A stretch of 32,000 bases of DNA from Breznakia sp. PF5-3. GTDB taxonomy: Bacteria > Bacillota_I > Bacilli_A > Erysipelotrichales > Erysipelotrichaceae. Position numbers and translations under genes: made by a program. Of this stretch, positions 9,356-17,387 are shown piece after piece. Numbering within the stretch: the stretch's first letter is position 1; the number at the start of each line of letters is the position of its first letter. The notes under the pieces are model-generated. The model made no database searches, was not told where the DNA came from, and worked only from the letters and a program-made list of their open reading frames with translations. Where the stretch lies: contig NZ_JAQFIQ010000004.1 in assembly GCF_029504745.1 (NCBI RefSeq), positions 57,219-89,218 on the forward strand, given 5' to 3'.

Positions 9356-10015
9356 ATGGCAAAAATATTAATTGTTGAAGATGAAAAGAATATGCTTGAT
9401 TTATTGCGCTTGGAATTAACTCATGAACACTACGAGGTGGATTGTGCACAAACAGGAAGAGATGCATTGGATAAAGCACTTGTAAATGAATATGATTTAA
9501 TTTTGTTAGATTTAATGTTGCCACAGATGAATGGTGTTGAAGTATGCCGGCGAATTCGTTTAGAAAAAAGTACACCAATTATCATGTTAACAGCAAGAGA
9601 TGCCGTTATGGATAAAGTGAATGGATTGGCATCAGGAGCTGATGATTATCTTGCTAAACCCTTTGCAATGGAAGAATTGTTTGCTAGAATACATGCTTTA
9701 TTAAGACGCAGTACACAAACTTTATCAAATATTAATTATCGAGATTTAGTGTTACATATCGATGCTTTCCAAGTATGGAAAAAGGATCAAGAAATTTTAT
9801 TGACAGTAAAAGAGTTTCAACTTTTAAAACTATTTATGAAACATCCTAGAAAAGTATTTCATCGTGATGAGTTGATTGAAGAGATATGGGGATATGAAAA
9901 TGATGCGGAGACTAATGTTGTTGATGTATATATTCGCCATTTACGAAATAAGCTAGAAAGTGATAACGACACATATATTCATACGGTACGTGGAGTGGGG
10001 TATCGATTCGAATGA
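9356..10015 (+). CDS. OmpR-family response regulator
   Basis: 219 aa. Receiver domain (DLILLDLMLP, acceptor Asp context; K in LAKPF) plus a winged-helix output domain (VRGVGYRF). Confidence 0.93.
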   Translation: MAKILIVEDEKNMLDLLRLELTHEHYEVDCAQTGRDALDKALVNEYDLILLDLMLPQMNGVEVCRRIRLEKSTPIIMLTARDAVMDKVNGLASGADDYLAKPFAMEELFARIHALLRRSTQTLSNINYRDLVLHIDAFQVWKKDQEILLTVKEFQLLKLFMKHPRKVFHRDELIEEIWGYENDAETNVVDVYIRHLRNKLESDNDTYIHTVRGVGYRFE

Positions 10016-11076
10016 GACGTAAAAATATAAGATTTCGATTGACTCTTATCACTTCAATTATCATTTTAAGTTTTCTAGTTATTACAACGATTTTGTTTTC
10101 TCTTTTCCTTACATACTTTAGTCAAATCATTGAAAAAGTATACGGCATTGATGATGATATCTTAACTCCTTTTTACAGTATTATATTTATTGCTCTGGGG
10201 TTGTTAATCGTCTTTGCACTTATTGCTAGTATTTTAGGAGGAACCTTTGTTTCAGAACATTTTTTAACTACGGTTTCAAAATTTACAGATCAAATTAAGA
10301 AGATTCGGGAAGGTGGTCTTGATCAACGTTTGCCATTATCCAATAATGATGAATTAGATACTCTAGGATCGGAGTTTAATTCCTTGATGGATGATATAGA
10401 GGATTCTATGGAGAAACAAAATCAATTTGTATCTGATGCATCTCATGAATTAAAAACGCCATTGGCAATCTTGAATGGTAATTTGGATATGCTGAGCCGT
10501 TGGGGGAAAGAGGATCCAGAAATATTGGAAAATGCTCTGGAAGTTAGTAAGCTTGAAGTATCAAGAATGATTACATTAACAAATGAGTTATTACAGCTAA
10601 CACGGGGATTTGATGAAAGAGATGAGGTTGCCGCCCTTTCTATTAATCCAATTATTTCACGTATTATAAGTGAGTATCAAAAATTATATCCTGATTTTAA
10701 GATTGCATTTCATACAGAGAACCCAAAGGATATCTATCTTCGGGTTGAACATTTTGAACAAATTATTCTAATTTTATTAGATAATGCAATAAAGCACAGT
10801 CGTGAAGAAACAAAGTCTATAGAAATTCTTCATCAGGAAAACAGACTAGAAGTAAAAGACTATGGAGTAGGAATCAAAGAAGCTCACAGAGATAAAATAT
10901 TTGATCGTTTCTATCGTGTTGATGAAGCAAGAGAAAATAATCAAAATAGTTTTGGTTTAGGTTTATCAATTTTAAAGCGTATTAGTGAATGGTATCATTT
11001 TGATATTGCTATTGAAAGTAAAGAAGGACAGTATACAGTATTTATTATTACATTTAATGGAGGCAAAAATACATGA
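10012..11076 (+). CDS. sensor histidine kinase (2 TM, HAMP, HisKA, HATPase_c)
   Basis: 354 aa. H-box SHELKTPL, N-box LLDNAIKHS, and DRFYRVD / GLGLSI boxes. ATGA overlap with the response regulator gene. Confidence 0.92.
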   Translation: MRRKNIRFRLTLITSIIILSFLVITTILFSLFLTYFSQIIEKVYGIDDDILTPFYSIIFIALGLLIVFALIASILGGTFVSEHFLTTVSKFTDQIKKIREGGLDQRLPLSNNDELDTLGSEFNSLMDDIEDSMEKQNQFVSDASHELKTPLAILNGNLDMLSRWGKEDPEILENALEVSKLEVSRMITLTNELLQLTRGFDERDEVAALSINPIISRIISEYQKLYPDFKIAFHTENPKDIYLRVEHFEQIILILLDNAIKHSREETKSIEILHQENRLEVKDYGVGIKEAHRDKIFDRFYRVDEARENNQNSFGLGLSILKRISEWYHFDIAIESKEGQYTVFIITFNGGKNT

Positions 11077-11582
11077 AAAAGTATATTATCGGATGTTTGA
11101 TTTTAATGGTGGTAATTGTTGGTGGATGTAGAAATGATGATAGAAATCAAGCAAATAACCCAAAGGAAACAAGTAAAGCTGAAATCACTTTAGAAGAAGC
11201 GAAAGAAATTGCATTAAAAGAAGTAAATGGTGGTGTCGTGAAAGCAAATCAGGATTCTGATGATGGAATTACATATTATGAAATTGATATTGTGAAAGAT
11301 GGTATCAAGTATGATTTTGAAATTGATCTAAGTGGAACTATTATATCAAAAGAAATCGATGATGATTATGTGGATGCAACAAATAAAAATTATATTTCTC
11401 AAGCTAAGGCTGAAGAAATTGCTTTAGCCAAAGTAGGTGGCGGATCAGTAGAAAAAAGTAAACTAGAACATGATGATGGGATAGCATATTATGAAATTGA
11501 CATTGTGAAAGATAATATTCGTTATGATGTAGAAGTTTCTGCTACGGATGGAAATGTTATAAAATATGAAATCGATGACTAA
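11073..11582 (+). CDS. lipoprotein with two PepSY domains
   Basis: 169 aa. Lipobox-like VVIVGGC. Two internal repeats (...DDGITYYEIDIVKDGIKYDFEIDLSGTI... and ...DDGIAYYEIDIVKDNIRYDVEVSATDGNV...). ATGA overlap with the kinase gene. Confidence 0.75.
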   Translation: MKKYIIGCLILMVVIVGGCRNDDRNQANNPKETSKAEITLEEAKEIALKEVNGGVVKANQDSDDGITYYEIDIVKDGIKYDFEIDLSGTIISKEIDDDYVDATNKNYISQAKAEEIALAKVGGGSVEKSKLEHDDGIAYYEIDIVKDNIRYDVEVSATDGNVIKYEIDD

Positions 11583-11609
11583 GAGTAAATTTTCATTTAC
11601 TCTTTTTTT
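11582..11609 (+). terminator. Rho-independent terminator
   Basis: AGAGTAAAT (11582-11590) / ATTTACTCT (11595-11603), followed by TTTTTT. Confidence 0.85.
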
Positions 11610-11612
11610 AAT

Positions 11613-11641
11613 TTGTAATCGAAAAATAATCATATTATAAT
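11613..11641 (+). promoter_or_regulatory. sigma-A promoter for the glycerate kinase gene
   Basis: TTGTAA (11613-11618), 17-nt spacer, TATAAT (11636-11641). RBS GGAGAA precedes the ATG at 11660. Confidence 0.6.
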
Positions 11642-11659
11642 AGGACAAAAGGAGAACTT

Positions 11660-12796
11660 ATGAATGTTTTTGTAGCTTGTGATTCTTATAAGGGCTGTAT
11701 GAGCAGCAAAACTGTGAATCAAATTGTAAAGAAGGCCATATTAGCTGTAAATGATAAAAATGAAGTTACTACTTTTAGTATGGGAGATGGTGGAGAAGGA
11801 ACGGTAGATGCTTTTGTAGATGCATGTAAGGGGACAATGGTTAAAAAGAAAGTCCATGATGCCTATTTCAAATCTTTGGAAGCAAAATATGGTTTAATCG
11901 ATGATGGTAAAACGGCAGTTATTGAAGTTGCAAGTTGTATAGGACTTAATATGTATGAGCGTGAAAAACGTCATCCTCTTTATGCTACAAGTTATGGTGT
12001 AGGTGAGTTGTTAATGGATGCTTATAGGCGAAAAGTTAACAAAATTATTATTGCTCTTGGCGGTAGTTCCACCAATGATGGTGGTATGGGAATGCTTCAA
12101 GCATTAGGCGCTAGATTTTATGATCAAAATAATATGAAGTTGAAATCCAATGCTATTAACTTAAAAAAGATTGAACGAATTGATCTTTCAAAGTTTCAAT
12201 TTATGAATGATATTGAAATCATTGCTGCATGTGATGTGAAAAATAAGTTGTTAGGTGAGCAAGGGGCTACTTATACATTTGGGAAACAAAAAGGATTGTA
12301 TGCAAATCAGATAAAGAAAATTGATAAAGCTATGGAAAACTATGCTACAAAGTTTTTATCACTAGGATATGATATTGCCAAGGAAGAAGGGAGTGGAGCA
12401 GCTGGTGGCATTGGAGCAGCCTTATCTTTATTAGGAGCTAAACATATAGGTGGGTTGGATCTGTTACGGTCGTATAGTGATTTCGATAAAATGATTAAAA
12501 ATAGTAACCTCGTTATCACAGGCGAAGGACAAAGTGATTTTCAAACATTGTATGGAAAAGTTCCAGTAGGTGTAGTTGAAATTGCCAATCAATACAATAA
12601 ACCTTGTATTTGCATAAGTGGCGCTTTAGGAGTAGAATATAATAAGTTATACGATAAAGGGTTTATTGGCATTTATAGTGTAGCAGATCGTGCTATGAGC
12701 TTTGCACAAGCTTTAGAGTTAGCACCAGAAAAGTTATATGCTTGTGCATATACGATATTTAAAACAATTAATTATTATGTGGAGGAAGGTAAATGA
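11660..12796 (+). CDS. glxK: glycerate kinase
   Basis: 378 aa. N-terminal CDSYKGCMSS (family DSFKGS motif), GGSSTNDGGMGMLQALG, ITGEGQSD...GKVPVGV. Confidence 0.88.
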   Translation: MNVFVACDSYKGCMSSKTVNQIVKKAILAVNDKNEVTTFSMGDGGEGTVDAFVDACKGTMVKKKVHDAYFKSLEAKYGLIDDGKTAVIEVASCIGLNMYEREKRHPLYATSYGVGELLMDAYRRKVNKIIIALGGSSTNDGGMGMLQALGARFYDQNNMKLKSNAINLKKIERIDLSKFQFMNDIEIIAACDVKNKLLGEQGATYTFGKQKGLYANQIKKIDKAMENYATKFLSLGYDIAKEEGSGAAGGIGAALSLLGAKHIGGLDLLRSYSDFDKMIKNSNLVITGEGQSDFQTLYGKVPVGVVEIANQYNKPCICISGALGVEYNKLYDKGFIGIYSVADRAMSFAQALELAPEKLYACAYTIFKTINYYVEEGK

Positions 12797-13233
12797 AAAA
12801 AATAGCATTGATATGCAGTTGCTTGCTTGTCGTTTTTATGAGTAGCTGTAGTGCTTCTTATGAGAGAAGTACAAAACCAGGGGAAATTGTTCAAATTACA
12901 TACGATGAATATAAAGAGATGAAAAAAACAGATGATACTTATATGGTATTGATTACGCAGACATATTGTTCACATTGTAAAACATACAAAAAAGAAACTT
13001 TGGATGTATATTTACCAGAACATGGATTAACAATCTATGAATTAAATCTAACAAATGAAAAGAATGCAAATAAAGTTTTTAATGAGTTAAAAGAAGAATT
13101 TGATGGTGAATTCTCTGGTACACCAGCAACTTTAATCTTTGAAGATGGAGAGAATAAGGTAATGCATTCAGGAGTTTTAAAAGAAGGCGAATTGGATGAT
13201 TATGTAACTAGTTATCAATTAGATAAAAAATAA
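12793..13233 (+). CDS. thioredoxin-fold lipoprotein (CxxC)
   Basis: 146 aa. Signal peptide with lipobox (FMSSCS) and a CSHC redox motif in a thioredoxin-like context. ATGA overlap with glxK. Confidence 0.65.
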   Translation: MKKIALICSCLLVVFMSSCSASYERSTKPGEIVQITYDEYKEMKKTDDTYMVLITQTYCSHCKTYKKETLDVYLPEHGLTIYELNLTNEKNANKVFNELKEEFDGEFSGTPATLIFEDGENKVMHSGVLKEGELDDYVTSYQLDKK

Positions 13234-13244
13234 AAATTATTAAG

Positions 13245-13284
13245 ACAGATAAGACGAATTTTAGTTTCTTATCTGTTTTCTTTA
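13245..13284 (+). terminator. Rho-independent terminator
   Basis: ACAGATAAG (13245-13253) / CTTATCTGT (13268-13276), followed by a T-rich tail. Confidence 0.8.
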
Positions 13285-13324
13285 TGTTATAGTTAATATT
13301 GTAAACCGAAGAAGAGGAATTGAA

Positions 13325-13714
13325 ATGAAAGAATTTGAAAACAATGCATTGTTTTGGCAGAAGCTAGATACAATTTTTTTATCTAGTACCTTAAAGATTG
13401 AGAGGGCTAAGGATACACAACATCCAAAGTATGCAAACATGGTGTATCCAGTTGATTATGGATATTTGCAAGATACAATTGGTAGTGATAATGAGCCAAT
13501 TGATGTTTTTAGCGGGAAAGAGAAAAACAGACAAGTACAAGCGATTGTCGTATCTGCAGATATTTTAAAAAGAGACTGTGAAGTAAAAATCATTATGGGA
13601 TGTAGTGAAGCGGAAATCCATTCAATTTTAGTTTTTTTAAATCAGACAGAATCACAGAAAGCAGTTTTGCTTAGACGTGGACAAGAGGTTCCTGAATGGG
13701 CGAGTAATAGTTAA
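13325..13714 (+). CDS. short inorganic-pyrophosphatase-like protein (family I-like core motif)
   Basis: 129 aa. YPVDYGYLQDTIGSDNEPIDVFS parallels the family I PPase motif YPxNYGxxPxTxxxDGDPxDVLV. The protein is shorter than typical PPases and the later acidic motifs are not evident. Confidence 0.45.
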   Translation: MKEFENNALFWQKLDTIFLSSTLKIERAKDTQHPKYANMVYPVDYGYLQDTIGSDNEPIDVFSGKEKNRQVQAIVVSADILKRDCEVKIIMGCSEAEIHSILVFLNQTESQKAVLLRRGQEVPEWASNS

Positions 13715-13766
13715 TTACTTGCTTTTCTTTTTATTTGTTTTTAAAATTATAGATGTGAGGAAAGAG

Positions 13767-14588
13767 ATGCAAAAATTTAAATTAGTTTTACAACAATTTT
13801 CTTCCTTTGAAGGAAGTTTATTTCGATATTCATTAGCGTTTAGTTTTTTACTAGCGCTTTTTCCTGTTCTAATTGTAATTGTTATGTTATTTCATAATTC
13901 TGTTTTAGATGTAGGATTATTGTTAGATTATCTGTATCATTTTGTTCCAGAAAAGCTAATTGAAGATTTTGTTGTTTTCATTATGGATAAGAACTATCCT
14001 AGTACCCTGACCCTTATTTTGTCACTTGTAGCAGCTTTAAATTTAGCTAGTAGAAGTATTTTTTCTTTTATGATGATCAGTGCTAAAAATGAGAGCTATA
14101 ATATTCCAAAACTTTTTGTTCGGGTTAAATCTTATATATTGTTTATTGTGTTAGTAGTGAGTGTTGGATTTATTGGCGTGTTAGCAAGTTTCTTCAATTA
14201 TCCAGCAAGTGTTACTTTTGGTATAGGTTTATTTGTATTGTTTTATATTTTATATCGAACTCTTACCTTTGAAAAAAGACCGCTGCATTTTGGAATTATA
14301 GGGGCTATTTTTTCAACGGTGTCAATCATGTTAGCAAGTCAATTATTTTTACTTATTGTGGATCATTTTACTTCATATCAAAATATTTATGGACCAATGG
14401 CAAGTTTAGTAATTGCACTTTTATCAATTTATTTAATAGCTAGTCTTATATATTTTGGATATTGTTTGAATTGGGTATATGGACCTTGTTATCCAGAAAG
14501 AACATATAAACATGAAAAACTTTATGATACAATGATGGATATAATATCAAATATAAAGAAAAAAATTAAGGGAATCATAAAAAGATGA
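13767..14588 (+). CDS. YihY/BrkB-family integral membrane protein
   Basis: I prefer the ATG at 13767 (GAGGAAAG RBS) to the GTG at 13677, which overlaps the previous gene. Polytopic, with N-terminal LAFSFLLALFPVLIVIV typical of the family. Confidence 0.6.
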   Translation: MQKFKLVLQQFSSFEGSLFRYSLAFSFLLALFPVLIVIVMLFHNSVLDVGLLLDYLYHFVPEKLIEDFVVFIMDKNYPSTLTLILSLVAALNLASRSIFSFMMISAKNESYNIPKLFVRVKSYILFIVLVVSVGFIGVLASFFNYPASVTFGIGLFVLFYILYRTLTFEKRPLHFGIIGAIFSTVSIMLASQLFLLIVDHFTSYQNIYGPMASLVIALLSIYLIASLIYFGYCLNWVYGPCYPERTYKHEKLYDTMMDIISNIKKKIKGIIKR

Positions 14589-15898
14589 AAGTAAAAATTG
14601 AAAAAATTGGAATTAATGGGGAAGGTATTGCATATATAAATAAGCAACCTGTTTTTATTGATGGTGTATTACCTGATGAAATTGTGGATATAGAAATCAT
14701 TAAACATTTTCCTCGTTATAAGATAGGGAAAATGAAGCAAATAGTAAAGAATAGTACAGAACGTGTTATACCCAAATGTAGTGTTTGGAAAGAGTGTCAA
14801 GCATGTACTCTTATGCATGCTGATTATGATAAGCAATTGTTGTATAAGCGTATGATTTTAAGTGAATCTTTGCAAAAGTATGCAGGTATAAGTGAAAGTA
14901 AAGTTCATGGTGTTATTAAAAATGAAAATGTTTTTGGCTATCGTAATAGCTTAAAATTACCATTTCATATGCATAATAAGAAATTGGTATTAGGAATGTA
15001 TGCAAAAGAATCAAATCGCTTTGTACAAGTAAAGAACTGTATCGTCCATGAAGAACAATTAGAAACTATAAAAATGAATATTTTGAAGATTCTAAATAAA
15101 TATCATTATGAGGCATTTTCTAATCAACATAAAAATGGCTTGCGATATCTTGTTTTGCGAGGAATTCATGGTGTTTTCCAATGTACGATTGTAAGTGGAA
15201 ATACGATTTTCTTGAAAGAGTGTATAGATGAGATTATGGAAATTGATGGCTTAGTGTCTTTATGGCAGTCCATTAATATGTCTAAGAAAAGTGTACAATT
15301 GTTTGGTAACCAAATGATGCTTTTAGCTGGTAAGAAGAAAATCAAGTTTAAGTTTAAAGGTTTGACGATTAGTTTATCACCAAAAGCCTTTTTTCAGCTT
15401 AATACAGGGCAAGCAGAGCGATTATATGATCTTGTTGAAGAATTTATCAGTGATACTCCAAAATTGATTGTAGAAGCTTATTGTGGGGTTGGTATCATGT
15501 CTTTGATGTTAGCAAAGAAAGCAGAGAAAGTAATTGGTATTGAAGTGATCTCAGATGCGATTGCGAATGCACGTAGAAATGCTGATATGAATAAAATAAA
15601 TAATGTGGAATTTTATTGTGGTGATGCAGGAAAAGAGTTAGTAAAGATATCAAAAAAACAAGCAATTGATGTTTTAGTAGTAGATCCTCCAAGAAGTGGA
15701 TTGGATGAAACGATGATTACCTGTATTTTAAAAAGTAATATTAAAAAAATAATTTATGTATCTTGTAACCCAGCAACATTAGGTAAAAATATCAAAACAT
15801 TAAGTAAAAAATATGAAGTTGAAGAAGTAATACCTGTAGATATGTTTTCTAATACTGCACATGTGGAGAGTGTGGCGTTACTAACAAAGTCAAAATAA
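14585..15898 (+). CDS. rlmD: 23S rRNA (uracil-C5)-methyltransferase, RumA/RlmD(RlmCD) type
   Basis: 437 aa. N-terminal TRAM-like domain, Cys cluster (CSVWKECQACTLMH), SAM-methyltransferase motifs (VVDPPRSG, YVSCNPATL). Confidence 0.9.
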   Translation: MKVKIEKIGINGEGIAYINKQPVFIDGVLPDEIVDIEIIKHFPRYKIGKMKQIVKNSTERVIPKCSVWKECQACTLMHADYDKQLLYKRMILSESLQKYAGISESKVHGVIKNENVFGYRNSLKLPFHMHNKKLVLGMYAKESNRFVQVKNCIVHEEQLETIKMNILKILNKYHYEAFSNQHKNGLRYLVLRGIHGVFQCTIVSGNTIFLKECIDEIMEIDGLVSLWQSINMSKKSVQLFGNQMMLLAGKKKIKFKFKGLTISLSPKAFFQLNTGQAERLYDLVEEFISDTPKLIVEAYCGVGIMSLMLAKKAEKVIGIEVISDAIANARRNADMNKINNVEFYCGDAGKELVKISKKQAIDVLVVDPPRSGLDETMITCILKSNIKKIIYVSCNPATLGKNIKTLSKKYEVEEVIPVDMFSNTAHVESVALLTKSK

Positions 15899-15934
15899 CG
15901 CCAAAAATGCTTGTTTTATGAGGATTTAAAGGCA

Positions 15935-15966
15935 CTCAAGATTTTGGTCTTGAGGGTCTTTTTTGT
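15935..15966 (+). terminator. probable Rho-independent terminator of rlmD
   Basis: CTCAAGA (15935-15941) / TCTTGAG (15948-15954). The T-run at 15959-15964 follows a 4-nt gap. Confidence 0.55.
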
Positions 15967-15973
15967 GTTAAAA

Positions 15974-15985
15974 AAGCTGAAATGA
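15974..15985. repeat. left copy of the 12-bp direct repeat AAGCTGAAATGA
   Basis: Exact match to 17244-17255. Confidence 0.9.
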
Positions 15986-16284
15986 CGCGGTTTTAGTAGG
16001 TAGCGTTGACATTGTAGGTTTGCTGTTGTGGTGGAGCCTCTACTGATCTTGCAGAAGTGGTAGGTTTTAAAAAATTACACCTGAGGGTAGAAAATTTTAC
16101 TCCCTAGATAATTGATAAGATTATTAAGTTTAGTTAGTACGACGAGGCCAGCCATAATTTTTACATTTAATATGGTTAAGAAATTTCACATATCAAGTAG
16201 TTCTTGAGGAAGACGAGGATTTTTTGATTAATTGTGATATAGTAGATACATTGAATTATCTTCCAGATAATAATTATCCTCATA

Positions 16285-16330
16285 AAAATCCAGAGATCAT
16301 CAGAATAATGATTACTGGATTTTTATTTTA
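16285..16330 (+). terminator. strong intrinsic terminator with no intact upstream gene
   Basis: AAAATCCAG (16285-16293) / CTGGATTTT (16315-16323) with a 21-nt loop, followed by TTTTATTTTA. No ORF of 60 aa or more ends here. Confidence 0.65.
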
Positions 16331-16437
16331 TGGAGTATTTGGAAGCGGAAGAATGTCAATTCCAAGATTTCGCAACTCTTGAAATAAGCCTGCTTCATAT
16401 GGAATAGGAGCATGAAAGTAAACTTTGAAAAGAATAC

Positions 16438-16508
16438 GCTAACAAATTGACAAAACGTTAGTTTGAAATTGATACGAATATATGCTAACGTATAGATATG
16501 ATGTTAGC
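16438..16508. promoter_or_regulatory. two inverted-repeat pairs (GCTAAC-N13-GTTAGY), candidate AbiEi operator; TTGACA at 16447-16452
   Basis: Pair 1 is GCTAAC 16438-16443 / GTTAGT 16457-16462. Pair 2 is GCTAAC 16484-16489 / GTTAGC 16503-16508. Both have 13-nt spacers and lie directly upstream of the abiEi start. Confidence 0.5.
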
Positions 16509-16536
16509 TTTAAATTATCAGAAAGAAGGTGCTCTC

Positions 16537-17136
16537 ATGTCAAAAAAAGAAAATAGTCTAGATATAAATCAAGATTTTATTACATTTAGTCAAGTAAAGG
16601 AGGAGGGTGTTCCTTACTCAGTTATTCGGAAGAAGCTCGATTCTGGTGAGCTTGAAAAAGCTGGTAGAGGTATCTATCGAAAGCCTGATGTCTATGTTGA
16701 TGAGTCATATACACTGCAGTATCGCTATCCTAAGGGTGTATATTCACTTGAAACAGCGCTCTGGCTACATGGTTTGTCACTGACAGTTCCATTTGAACCA
16801 ACGATGAGTTTTCCTTATGGGACTAATACCAAGCTGATTAAGGAAGCAGGTATCAAACCTATAATTCTCCGCTCAAACTACGAGGAAGGAATAGTAGAGG
16901 TGAGAACACCTGGGGGACAGATAGTTCGAGTCTATGAGATTGAAAGAACTTTAACTGAGAGTCTTCGGGGCGTTTATAAAATGGATGTTCAAATAATTGC
17001 TCCGGCATTTAAGATGTATGCAAGCAAAGGGAAAATCAACTTTTCCAAGTTGCTTAAGTACGCTAAGATGTTTAAAGTAGAGAAAAAAGTTCAGTCGTAC
17101 TTGGAGGTGTTATTGGTGGAGGGCTTACATATGTAA
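16537..17136 (+). CDS. AbiEi-family (type IV TA) antitoxin / transcriptional regulator, orphan
   Basis: I prefer the ATG at 16537 (GAAGGTG RBS) to 16498. The N-terminal winged-helix has the family-typical ...GELEKAGRGIYRKPD motif, followed by the C-terminal AbiEi domain. No AbiEii nucleotidyltransferase ORF follows. Confidence 0.75.
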   Translation: MSKKENSLDINQDFITFSQVKEEGVPYSVIRKKLDSGELEKAGRGIYRKPDVYVDESYTLQYRYPKGVYSLETALWLHGLSLTVPFEPTMSFPYGTNTKLIKEAGIKPIILRSNYEEGIVEVRTPGGQIVRVYEIERTLTESLRGVYKMDVQIIAPAFKMYASKGKINFSKLLKYAKMFKVEKKVQSYLEVLLVEGLHM

Positions 17137-17243
17137 GTTTTAAGTTGTGTTGTGATAAATTGCAATCATCTTTACAAAATACTTTGTTATCTAATCCAGA
17201 TTATAATGTGATAGATGTTGAAAATATTCTTGTAATTGAATAG

Positions 17244-17255
17244 AAGCTGAAATGA
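17244..17255. repeat. right copy of the 12-bp direct repeat AAGCTGAAATGA
   Basis: Exact match to 15974-15985. Confidence 0.9.
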
Positions 17256-17314
17256 AGTATGGCATGTGAAAATCCTTTTTTTACTAAAACGTAAAAACTA
17301 GTATAGCTTATTTG

Positions 17315-17358
17315 AAAAAAGAAACAAAGCCCTAGAATGAAATGATTCATGGGCTTTG
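17315..17358 (-). terminator. Rho-independent terminator of the sigma/anti-sigma operon
   Basis: On the minus strand: CAAAGCCC (rc of 17351-17358) / GGGCTTTG (rc of 17325-17332), followed by TTTCTTTTTT. Confidence 0.85.
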
Positions 17359-17387
17359 TTATTTATAATAATATGTTAGATAATGAT

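Larger units (their letters stand above)
15974..17255. mobile_element. putative decayed genomic islet (orphan abiEi, orphan terminator, no recombinase) bounded by 12-bp direct repeats
   Basis: AAGCTGAAATGA occurs at 15974-15985 and 17244-17255. The interval is visibly more G+C-rich than its flanks (by eye). It holds one intact ORF (AbiEi) plus about 560 bp and about 250 bp without intact ORFs. It sits right after the 3' end of the rumA-type gene. Confidence 0.35.

Noticed and set aside
11614-11627. cre-like sequence TGTAATCGAAAAAT overlapping the glxK -35
   Set aside because: It matches only the left half of the CcpA cre consensus (TGWAANCGNTNWCA). The right half is missing.
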